In this document: positions 1-12,500 of the stretch, one piece after another
How the letters are laid out: each line of letters opens with the position of its first letter
Numbering within the stretch: the first letter of the stretch is position 1
Origin: Phoronis australis
Lineage: Eukaryota > Animalia > Phoronida
Assembly (NCBI GenBank): GCA_002633005.1
Contig: NMRA01000998.1
Location: forward strand, 10,261-74,260
Length of the DNA: 64,000 nucleotides
Reading direction: 5' to 3'
The notes under the pieces: generated by a model
Told to the model about the DNA's origin: nothing
The model's input: only the letters and a program-made list of their open reading frames with translations
The model's database searches: none
Program-made: the position numbers and the translations under genes

Positions 1-2649
1 TGTCATTAATCAAGGAGGAGCTCGTAATAAAGATGAAATGATAGAAAAATATTGCATCTGTGAGTCCATAAAGACATAAATATGCAAAAAGACTTAGGGA
101 CATTAGTTGAGTCCCTAGCTATTTGGGATTGCTTCATGCAACCGGCCATTGGTGTCTTTTGCTGTGCATTAGATGTGTGCAGACCGACATACAGTGGTCG
201 GACTCATTGTGCGAAACTGAGTGAACTGGCATTAGGATAACAATAGATCGTCTTGGCCATTTTAGAGGAGGCGTCTATCAGTAATAAAACGCATGGGCCT
301 AAACATGCCCCCGGTATAAAATTGATTTACCCACTTGCACTATTCAAATTTCGTTTCATTATCAAATACTATCAATTAGTTGTCATTTTAATTCCTGAAG
401 AGATGAATGCAATGCCGAAATTTTGTGTTTTTTTTCTTCTGCCATCTGCGCAATCGAGTTGTTGACATTGATACAAACAATCGGTGAAAACGCACTGAAA
501 GCTAATCAAATATGTCCTTGCTATGCTTTAAAAATGCAAACAACATCCCGTACACGTGCGACTGCAGGTGTTGTATTGACAGCGACAGATAACCAATGCA
601 CCTCGGTAGATCTGCTACAGACAACCAGTGGCACATCTACAGAGGTGCATCCAAATCAGCACACAAAAGACAACCTCCACGCCTATGGCGAAACAGAAAG
701 GTTTGTCCGATTAAAAAACCACAAGTTAAGACCGTGTACGGTCTAAACTAGCATTATATAGTCCGGATACCTATCGTCGTCAGGCTCCAAAGGTCGTCCG
801 CCATCTTGTTTCGCGTGCAGCGCAACCACGCGGGACTTAGCGTTCCAATTTGGAGTGCTCGTCTGCACGTTAGGTACTAACCTCTCGGGAGAAACACGCA
901 TGGAAGAACTGAGACTAAAATTAGTGCATTTACCGACTGTTTTTTTGAGACCACTTAAAACTTGTCGATTTTACTAATGCACTTTTTTGTTCATTTTCAG
1001 AAGATATTTTCGAAATTAAATTTTCTTCAGACGGAACAAAAAGCAACTCAGGGGTTGTTTATGCAATGTATCTATTTGTCCCAGGCACTAACCGACATCT
1101 GTTAGGCCAAAGGAAAAACGCAGCAGACAAATGGAACACGCTGGGTGCTTAACAGTTTCGGCCCACGCCTTAGTCATCAAAATATTGTTCACTTGTTTTT
1201 TTATTGCCACACAAAGTACTGAGCTCAAAATTTATGTTGAAATTTTTGGTTAAAGCATTTTGAATTTATTTGAGGAAAATTAAAATACTTGAATTGATAG
1301 AGAATGGCCACCAATAAAGTAAAACATTGACTTTATTTCACTATATTGCAATTGTTACATACAACACAGCATGACATAATCAAAAATAAAAGAAGAGATT
1401 GAGCAATAGAATTCAAGTGCAACTTGGATATTTATTTATTTATTTATGAATGCAGAAGCCTGTTAAAGATGAGAAAAAATCAAACAATACAATTATGGGT
1501 AATTTATTAGAACAATTGTATCGAGGTTCAATGATCAACTTTCCCCGACCAAGTCTCAAAGGGTTACAGCTCTGTTTTGGCTGACAAGGTGTTAACAGAG
1601 AATGAAGAGAAACTGAAAAGAAAAAGAAAGACAGCAGAGATAAGTGGTGTTAAGAACAACATGAGCAAAAAGTCAAATAAAGAGGTCACAAATACAAAAT
1701 AAGTAAGGTCTATCTGGAATAAAACAATTGCGATTTATTTTCCAGAACTGAAATTCTAAATCAATTTTAATCGATTTAAAAATCGATATCATACTAGTAA
1801 AACGGTTTGTGGTTGAAGTAGAGTTGCTGTAAACCACTTTCCACTATTTTCTTGGCCTTTTTCTGTGTGGTTTTCTGTTCATTCAAAAGGCGGCAGCATA
1901 TGATGACCATTGGAGTCATTATAAAATGGCTGCCGAAAAGCAATGCACAGTTGAACAACTCGGCTTAAGTAAAAGAAAACGTTTGAATTAACGAATCTTA
2001 GATATTTGTAAGAGTTAAATCAAATCCTATTCAGAACATAACTTTGAAATGGAATAATTGGGTGAGTACGACAACAAGCCAGTTTTATGCTTAGGCGGAC
2101 GACCATTGGGTTCCCGAGTTTTTATCCACGGAGAAATACCGCCAACGACTGGGACGACAGCGCAGCCGATAACCCTGTTGGCCGCCAACGCTCACTAGGA
2201 ACTGGTCTACATAGACGATGAACCTATCTGGAACATAAACTATTGCATGCTCAAGCTAACGAACTTCTTGGAAGTTACAGCATGCTTAAGAAGAGAAACC
2301 ATGAGCTGCGAGAAACAACCAACTCGCTTTTGCGACTGACATCCGCAAAAAGGAACAGGTCCTACAATTTTGGAATACAGATTCTGAACTCGCTTCTAAC
2401 CAAACTCTTTTCGCGCAGTATTCCTCCGGAAATTATATAAACTAAATTTCAGCAGTCAGTTTTGAAAACTCCAAGGCCATGAGTGGTTTTCAGCCAACGG
2501 GTCTAAATGTATTCTTTGTGACGTGTTCTGCAGCATCAATTGTCTCCTAACTTCATGTTTGTTATTGTTCCTACGCTTTTGTATCAACCAACCTCTTTAA
2601 CAATTTATAAAAAATCATCACGATCAATACCCGCATTACGGCGGCAGCC

Positions 2650-3120
2650 TCTTGCTAACTAAGGTTCGGACATTGCAGCTAAACAACACAACGCATCTCA
2701 GCGGAAATGACTTTAAAGCTGACAAGTCTTGCGTCCTGACGTTGGATAGGATTACAATGCACAATAGTGGCCATCCCAACCACAGTATAACATTGAATCC
2801 GATTTTGACCAAACTTGAAAAAAAAAACGAACCATCGAGATGGCCATGCCCTTTTAAGTCAGTCAAACAAGTATGAAAAACAATGGAATATACCCTGCTC
2901 AATATATCAGAAAGTGAACTCATCTATCTGTTCTCTCACAACTGTTTTTTCTTGAGTCGGACTGTATGCTTGCAAGGGAGTGCAAACGTTAAGAGTCTGG
3001 GTATGGTGAGAGACCGTGTGGTTAAGACTATTCACCAAGTGATTTATCACCACACCGAACCTGTTGTAGATGGAAGACGAACGAGAGGTGATCCCAAAAT
3101 GGGAAGGATGGAAAAAGAGT
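2650..3120 (+). mobile_element. Degenerate 3' remnant of an RTE-like non-LTR retrotransposon
   Basis: Broken frames give TLLNISESEL and VDGRRTRGDPKMGRME, resembling the RTE C-terminal motifs (RRILxISW; VEGxRxRGRPxxRW). No intact ORF. Confidence 0.4.
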
Positions 3121-3134
3121 TTGTAACCTTCTCA

Positions 3135-3310
3135 CAGTTTGGCTCAGTGGCTAAAGCTGCGGACTCAGGCTTGGGAGACCTGGGTTCAAATCCTGGTTTC
3201 ACTGACTGACAATCAATCATTGCACATCGGTGCCACCTATTCCTCCAAGCTTGGTCTTACTAGTGAATGAGAACTTGAATATACTGCGAAAGCAATTCCT
3301 GGGACTGTGC
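3135..3310 (+). mobile_element. tRNA-derived SINE (pol III A/B boxes)
   Basis: A box TGGCTCAGTGG at 3140-3150 and B box GGTTCAAATCC at 3183-3193 at tRNA spacing. No proper acceptor stem, followed by an unrelated body. The 3' end is approximate. Confidence 0.6.
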
Positions 3311-3477
3311 TCATATAAATAAAAGAACTTCTCACCCCCATTACTACATGACTCAAGCTCAACCTCCCCGCCCGATTTATAAGAATAAATCAGTGTTTCA
3401 AACTGCAAATGTTGGAGAATAAATGATTTCAGACAAAACATTAAACAGGACTTTAAATAACACTTTTTAATGAAGAA

Positions 3478-3600
3478 CTGCTACTGCAACTGCTGGTGCT
3501 GCTGCTGCTAGTGGAGGTGGTGGTGCTGCTGCTGGTGCTGCTAGTGGCGGTGCAGCTGCTGGTGCTAGTGGTGGTGGTGGTGCTACTGCTGTTGCTGCTT
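3478..3600. repeat. Degenerate (GCT/GGT)n trinucleotide low-complexity tract
   Basis: gctgctgctagtggaggtggtggtgctgct... directly visible. Confidence 0.85.
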
Positions 3601-4606
3601 TCCTTCTATTAACACATTAAGATATTTTCTTCATCCTCAATCCAATTCATTAAGACAGCTAAATTATTAATAAATGACCCTCAAAATTATTATCTGTCTC
3701 AAACCTTGCCCAAATTAAAGATACACTCGAATTGCAATGCAAATAAAACCAGTTTATTCAAAATATATTCCCTACTAATGTTCTTTCAACATAACATCAA
3801 ACATGCAAATAAAATGGTCGCTACAGTTGAATGAGACACTGATCTTCATTTCTTAAGAATTCAACATAACTGAACCAAATATACAGTAACATTTTTCAAT
3901 CAGACTGCATTTGTTCATTTTCTGCAGATCCCTGTACACATTAATTATGTGAATTGTCACACGTTTTCCAGTTTTGTGATACCTACAGACACGTATTCTC
4001 AACCAGATAAATGGTACATCTTCCGAAAACCTGTTTTTGTGATGTTTTTCATTAGATAAAATTCATTGTGTGTCTGGATATGTGAAAAGAAGGCAAACTT
4101 GACCACAACACATCAAAAAGATAGAGGTATGAAAAAAGAAAATATGATATTGTCATTTGCTTGCTCATAAAATTGAGAATAAAACTCTGCGAATAAAATT
4201 TTAAAACTTACAATAGTGTTGGTGGGTTTCTTGAGCTCATCAACATAATTTATGCTGCTGGTCACAGAGCTACCTAGCTAAGAATGTTATGAAATCTCAA
4301 ACTCTTTCCAACTGAGATTAGCTCACATATTCAGGGATATCATGTGATACATTCACTCTGGCCGCTAGCAATAATCTGGAACAGTCATTCTCCACTAATT
4401 TCGCACAGAAATAATTGCTAAAATGGTCATTTTCAATGGCTGATAACCTTATCGCAATTAATGGGAACTTAAACAAATGTGATTTAGTTACATCTGCACA
4501 CTGCAAACTGTGCTCTTAATAGACTAAAGTGTTTCTTTTAAGAATTTAACAAAGTAGAGCTATATTGTGTGCTAAGTAAGTGAAGCATTAAAACAGAAAC
4601 CTATGT

Positions 4607-6456
4607 TCATAACAATGCTGCTCGGACACTAGCAGTGCTCATCAGGGGAATCAGATGTTCTTGTAACAAACTCATAAGATCTAATGTACTATCACTCAAG
4701 TCTATCAATCGCTTGAGTTTTTGGTCCCTCCAAGTCCAGTCAAGGATTAGAAATTTTAGCTTGCTAAGTTTCAGAAAACCTGGAAAATACCAAAATTAAA
4801 TTAAACATTTGAAATTGACAAATCTTCATGAATGTTTCGTAGCAAACCAGAAAAATAATTGTACTTGAATAAGATCAACGCTTAAGTGGTTAGTGTTGAC
4901 ATACATACAAAAATAAACGTGGTAGAATAATACATTTCAAATTGTCACTTTTTCATGGTGCATCAACCATATTGTTCAAGATTTATTATTGAATGAATTG
5001 TTCACAGGTTGCCTGACCCATGGCAAGAATTACTCAGCGCATTTTGCATCATACCTGATTCAATAAGGACTTTAACACGGTTTGGCGTTCCCACTCCAAT
5101 GTGCACCGTGTTCTTTGCCAAATAGTTGGACTGCTCTTTCACCTTCAAAAGATGTAGAACACTTGAGTTTCATGTTCATAGCACTTTGTAAAAAGAGCAG
5201 TCAGTATGTAATTGCATGCTATTAATTACTGGCAAAGTTGCTACTAAAGCCCTTCCAAGAAAAAATCTACAACGGTAAAATTTCACTAATTTATGAGAAG
5301 AGAAATTTTAATAATTTTTCTATAAAGTACATTTGGGACCAAAATTAATGCTTTTCTATGTTCACATTCTGTGCTGCAGCTGCCATTAGATGTTGTTCTA
5401 AAAAGTTATGGGCATCCACAACAATGTGAAAAACCTTTGAAAATTGATGAAAGTCCAGTTTTAGTAATTATTTTTGTACCAAATTGGCGAGGTATTACTG
5501 TAGAGGTATTACTGTAGAGGTATTTTGTACGCATTAAGTTTTGCTCATGATTGACTCAGCCGATTGTGCAATACTGGCAGCCATGTGAGAACATTTTGGA
5601 TGCATGTGAGCTGTATGTGAATTAAACAACTGTGACCAGAAGATTACGGCACAGAGGATAAAGAACACAAACCTAGGCAACAGCATTCAAAAGTCTGGAA
5701 AATACTACAATCGAACCCCTATGGAAGAAAGCAGCATAACAGTCAACCGCTATCATTTGAAACATTTTTTGCTCAGTAGAAAATTTTATTTGCACTTGGG
5801 AAGTTTGCGATTTATTATTTAAATCAATGAAAGATAAATAATCACAATAATGCAGCCTTAAATTTATTGGAAACTTTAACATTGATGAGCATGTAATAAG
5901 TAGTTTCATGAAAAGAATTCTATGTTGAGATTGGGCAACTCAATTGGTTTGCGCACCACAGAATCAAAGACACCATGCTATTGTGGTTAATTATATCACC
6001 TGAGGCTGCTGATGTTATCATTACCTAGATGATGAGACCCATCATAAACACATGAGTGGGGCGACAATAGCAATTTTAATTTTCTGTTTTGAAAGTTTAT
6101 TTATAATAGCATATTTGAACAGTTCATGAAAAGCAATTACATGATTAGATTTTTGAATTTTGAAAATTGGGCAAGAAATGTGATGTTTAAAACCTAAAAT
6201 GTTTGTTAACTTTTGCAATCATATGTTCCTCATTAATTCTGCTGGGTGTGCAATAGATTTGGGCCAATTACCAGACCACCAAGCAGCAGTTGAGGTTAAC
6301 CAAGTGTTATCCTACAATTCTTGGCATGTTCACTATGCCAAATATCAGATGTCATTCGTCATGTCGTGTTTGATTTTACTTTAGTTCTGTTTCTGTTGAC
6401 AATGGATGTTATTATATCCGAAAATTTCAGTTGATCCATAATTGGTGTTTTATTTA

Positions 6457-6522
<66 letters not shown>

Positions 6523-9500
6523 GCATGTAAATTATTACAAATGCCTGATAATATTTCAAATCGATAACAAAGATGACAGGAAATGGAAGAAATATGCCAT
6601 ACCTTCATATGTTTTGCAAATAGCTTGACAATCTTTGCTTTCTTGCCTTTAAAACTAGAAATGTCTCTGAAAAGACAGCATGTGCTTTTAAGTAATTTCT
6701 TCCAGGAGGTAGACAAAGAGTGACACTTGCTGCCACTTTTTGTCACAATGTCAGCAGTACCTACTTGACAAGACCATGAAACTGGAACACAACTTTTCAG
6801 GAACTACTTAAAATCTTTAAAGAGACATTATCTTTTAAAATATATCTAATTTAAATTCTAATACTCCACGCACCTCAACCTACAAATACAAATATTTTTA
6901 TATCCTTTGTGATTTCAGAGATGACGTATTAATACGTAAATGAGTGAGAACAATACCTGGCTGAATCTTTTTTATAAATCGTTACTTTTAAGAGATTATT
7001 GTTATTATTGGACATCAAACTTGTCAAGTGAAACTTGCGTATTTTGTCTCTTAAATGTACAAAAAGCATTTCTGGGATCTCCTGTAAAAACTTTTTAGCC
7101 TGATGAATTAACTGTCAAAAATTAAGAAAAGTTCAATATGCAGCTACCAAATTGCTCAATTGTCCACCTCCAGGTTGCAGAGACATAGAGAGGAAATGAG
7201 TCGCACATCACCTGGTTACATAAAGTATACTACACAAGCCCAGTAATTATGATATTGATCAGTTTCAGAAGTTATCAAGTGGTTACTAGAAGGTCGGTGG
7301 CTGGATTAGAGTAGGTGACTACACATGTTTAATTGATGTTCAGTTCTAAATTAGGTTACATTTATAATGCTACTGAATGTAGTTTGAACTACAGTCACTA
7401 AAAAGATTTAATAGTGGGATTCAAGCTTTAAAGTGGAATTTGCACCCTAATTCCTTATCTATGTGATTGCTTGGTAAAATCAGTTTGAAACACAAAATAT
7501 ACTGACGGTGTGAATATGAAGTAGGTTGAAAATTGCCAAATGTTTTTAAGAACAAGTTTTGTGTCGAAAATGATACGCTGTAAATCACTCAACCATATCC
7601 AATATGTATCGTGAGGTGGTGTTGGAAATAACACTGCGTGATGCAGGCTATGTGAGCACCCAAGGTACGTCGTTAGTGCAAAGTTCACCTATCCGGAGAA
7701 TTTTTTACTGTCACATTTACAAGTTGAATACAACTGCACTTTCTTTAGTGTACTAGATGATATTCAAATAGCGATGTCATTTAAATGCTATATACTTAGC
7801 ATAATTAGGAGCATTCCATAACTTTGAGATCACCTTGTCCACGAATCATCGCTCATCCAGTAAAACATACGAATGCCATTCATTTATTCATTGCGTGACT
7901 TTTGTCTATAGACACAAATGTGTAAAATGTTGACCTCTGCTTTGACCATTGTCCTAGCCATTTACAGCCTGCCAATAGGCCCAAAATTACTTCAAATATT
8001 AATCACAACTTGAGGCCACTTTTGTCTAGTAAAGCATGTAAATAAAACAATGTTTTTGACTGAAAGTCAGCCGGGTACATAGTAGTTGAAATATGCACTA
8101 AAGCACCTCCTACGGGTATTCCAGGCACATACCTCATAAGATGAACACATCTGATAGCTGAGCCGCAGAGAATCAACACAAGAGGGCTCCCCTTGTCTTC
8201 CTGGCTGCAGTCATTGACAAGACGAGGCCAGTCAGGAATGACTTTTTTCAAGTATTGTACAGAAGTTTCCAGAAGCTCATGGACCGGCAGAAAATGCTGG
8301 TCTGCAATACAGTAAAAGTAAGCATTACCTAATAACTAAAAGTGTATTTATTTATAAAAGTATATAATATGAACTGCTACACAATACAATGATTAGAAGG
8401 GCAGGTGTGATTAGAATGCTGAATGAAGAAACTTGTAAAAATGTGTAACTTGAACAACTTGGGGCATAAGTCAGACATTATACATTAAATCAACACAGAA
8501 CATGTTGTGGATTCTGCAGCTTCACACTTCCCTGGTTATGTATGACATCATGCTCTCCTGTGTTGCAGATGCCTTTTATGTCATTTAATCATGGCAGTCC
8601 TCAGCAAGCAGCTTGCTGTTTGGTTTTTACAATGTCTTGTAAGGTTTGTGCTTACGTTTGCCTTGGTATATTGGAAAATTTCGTAGAATACTTAGTACAT
8701 TTGTGTACCTAATTGCAAATATCACTTTGTGTCTCTTCTTTCATATTTCCCATGTTTTTATCAGTTTCTCTGGTCATCTACCTGCCTCATTTAACTTTTG
8801 CAATTCTCCTGATTGAGTGCTAGACATTTACTCCACACAACTTCTCATCTACTACATTGATTTTTGCTGTATGTTCTTCCCAAAATTCTAAGAACTATTT
8901 AATATTGTTTTTGTATGCAGTTCAATCCCACTTGCTATATCACGGATCATTTTAGAAAAATGTGGCTATGGGTGAATTGACCCACTGTCTACAAGTCTAT
9001 GGGACAATTTGGAAAATCTATGGCCTACCACAGTTATACAGAACAGAGTGATTGGTTAATACTCGACATAGTGTTCCTAGCACCAGAAGTAACAGACACC
9101 ATTTTGCGGTACTTAAGTTTGTGTCCATGTACCTTGTTGTTTAGGAAAGTGGACTTACTTGGATGAAATATCTCCATTTGGTTAGATCCAAATTATGAGA
9201 GTTCTACAGTAAGTAGTTGTAAATGGATTACATAGCAGTCGAAATAAGTTGTAGAATATGTGCATGAAACCTGTTGTGTGCTTCTAGCAATAACTCGCAA
9301 CATTAAGTTCGTTATAATCATCATTTACTAGACTTGAGATGGAAATAATAGACCAATCAAAATCCAGAATGGACAGTTTTGATGCTATGGTGGAAAGAAA
9401 AAGTGTATTTTTGGTACATACCTTCTAAATGTATCTCATCAAATTGAACAGCTGTGAGCTTATCCTTGAAATAGTCATGAACTTTGGAAATCAAATCTTT

Positions 9501-12500
9501 GGGCAATGCCACTTCAGGGGTCTTCTCGGCAAGTTCTTGACTTAAAGTTTTCTGTAATGAACAAATCAAGACACTTAACTCATGGCATAACCAATACTGT
9601 TTGAGCTGAAGAGCCATCAAAAAAATTTGGACATACATCAGAAGAATGGGGGAACATATTAGTTGAGTGTACTAGTACTAACCAAATCAATTCTCTTAGG
9701 ATGCTTAGGTAACCATGAACAGTCTTACCCGGTTATGTCCCTCTCTCTAAAAATGAAGAATCAAATTGCCTGCCATCTTGTACTTTCAGATTTTGAAAAA
9801 TGCAAATGGTGAGTGAATAAGTTTTTTGTTTGAATGGTTGATTTGTGAGCAGTTACATTCATCACATTCTTTCAGTAGATAAATGTTCTCACACAATTGC
9901 AATTTCAACATGTGCAGGAGAATTAATATTTGAAAAGGAATTCGAGTCTGATATGTATGACACTTCCAGCCCAGTTTAAGGGTTGCTTTACTGACAACTC
10001 ATGACTTAGAACCACATGGAAAAGAGTCATAATTAAAAGGACAATTATAATTAATAAAATGTTTTTCCATGATTCAGTTCTTTTGGTTTAAGTACTTTTA
10101 ATAAAAAGCTCTTAGGGTTCAGTATATTCAATGTTCTCAACAGTGGGATATTGTGGATTCACTGAAAGCCATATGTGGTACCTTCAGGCAATCAAAGCTT
10201 CCTGGGAGGAAGTCTTGTTTACTAGATATATAGCAGCTGAATTGGGAGTCATTTCCCAAAGTAGCAGAATACTTTTAGCCCAAGGGTTCCCCACATAATT
10301 ATCGCAATCTTCAAAACTGTAACAAGAGCAACACAGAGCGTTGAAATGCGCCCACAATTGCACCGTATATGGTATCCTTCAAGGGTTGTTTATTGGTACC
10401 ATAAAGTGGCCAGTAGAGGGCATATATGCAGTATGTTGTACTTTGCAAAATGGAAAGGCATGGTCATTGTCTTCTCAATAGGCTAGGGGTAAAATGTGAG
10501 TGATCTTCATAATACAAGCACATCCTATACATCAGTTGCTTAAAGCACCACAGAAACATAGAATTAAAAACAAATTTACCAACATACAAGATTAGCACAG
10601 CATTAGAATGCCACAAACAAATTTCTACTAGGAACTTTTCCTTCATAGTCCCGAAGTAACACAAAGTATACACCTGAAGACCTATGAAAATACAGAGGTC
10701 AATGTAAAATACTTAAATTGCCACTAGAGGCATACCGGTAGTCAGAATCATTCTAAAGTCGTCACCGTCCGTTGTCAACATCACATAAATACAGTTGCTA
10801 AATTTAGTAAAGAACCTGCAAACGGTTTGGGAGATACAGCCATGGGCGCAAAAAAAACTGCCACTAGGAGGCGCCACAGTAAACAAAGTCATGGGAAATT
10901 CAGCGTCAACCATCCTCTTTATAGTAAGAACATACATGCCAATTTTCACAATCATACTTAGAGCGGTTTGGTTGATAGAGGGGTGGACGCCACAAAACAG
11001 ACTCAAAAACAGTAAAAATGGCCACTGGGTGTCGCAAACTAGGTCAAATCCATCCGAAAACGGGAGGATAGCATCATCGTACTAATAGGTGCCAACATAC
11101 CAAATTTCATGAAAATCCGTTAAGGGCTTGTGAAGATACAGAGGTAAACGTAAAAAAATAAAATTGCCACTAGGGGGCCCACTGGTAGGCAGATCCGTCC
11201 AAAAGTCGTCATCGTCTGTTGTTAACATCATATAAATACACTTATTAAATTTTGTAAAGATCCTGCAAACGGTTTAGGAGATACAGCCANTAACATGATG
11301 CAACTGACATATTAAGAGCAAGCTGAGGAGCAAGAGACCTGACCAAGTGTTTAACAACGTGGTCCTGTGATATTTGCAACCACAGAACAGGAGGTGGCCA
11401 CTCAACTCACTAGGCTTCACTGTCGCCTCAAGTACAAAACATATTGTTTTAGCAGACCCATCTGTCCGCCATAAAAAGTACTTCCTACATGTTGATTTGA
11501 TCTCAACATGAATGAATTTGGTAACTTAAAGGTTACATGATGTAATGAGACGACCCTCTGATGGCCCCATACCCTTCCACAACCAAGATCTCCTCACAGG
11601 GAAAATTCAGTTGAGGCACAAGTACACTAGTTCCCTACAGTAATAGAGTTGAATTGGACAACACAAAACAAACCCTCTTTTTCTTGATATTCTCCTTCTG
11701 TTGTAATCTTCTTTTTGCACTTGGCTTGTCCCCAGTCCTCAAAACATTCACTTCGTCCTCAGAAGTGTTAGTTTGGTCTTCGCCTGCAACAGAAAAGGGT
11801 AGTTTTCCTTCCAAAGAAACATTAAAGAGTTTGCAGGCACACATACATATAATCTCAGGTGAAAGTGTAAAGGGCTTGTAATTGGGAAACTACATATATG
11901 GGGGTGGGCTTATACTAGAATGGGATCATGTGGGACATTGGTGTAAGCTCATACAAATGTATCACTCATTATTTGATGAATGTGTGCTGTCCAGATTTGT
12001 TTTTCAAGTCTCAGTTTTGTGCTAGCCCACCTAGAGACAGGGCGTTAGCGAGAGATGTTGATTAGGTACGGCATGGGAGATAAGAGAGAAGTACTTATAC
12101 TATAACAACAGGTGGACTTCAATGCAAGAAACATTGGGAGAGAGCTAGTACCAAATTAGGGTTATTTCTAGGTGAGAGTAACTTAATAGAAAGGGTGGGC
12201 CTAACCCAGAGGGTGGACTTAGACCAATGAAGGTACGGATATAGAAATTGTAATTGCATTAAATAAACATGTGCCTAGACAGCAACAAACATAAGACCAG
12301 ATTCGACATCTGGATCTCCACCACCCACAAGTCAGTACCTGCAAACATTCACTTTTAAACAAGAATATCTGACAATGAAAGACCACGGCTTTTGCGTTTT
12401 GGTATTTGATAGAATTGCTCAAATACTTACCAGATATTATGAAGTGACAACATGTGTCCTAAAACCATGCTTACATCAGATTAGTGGTGAAATTGCACTT

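Noticed and set aside
3135-3205. Functional tRNA gene
   Set aside because: A and B boxes are present, but the acceptor and anticodon stems do not pair and there is no oligo-T terminator. SINE head is more likely.
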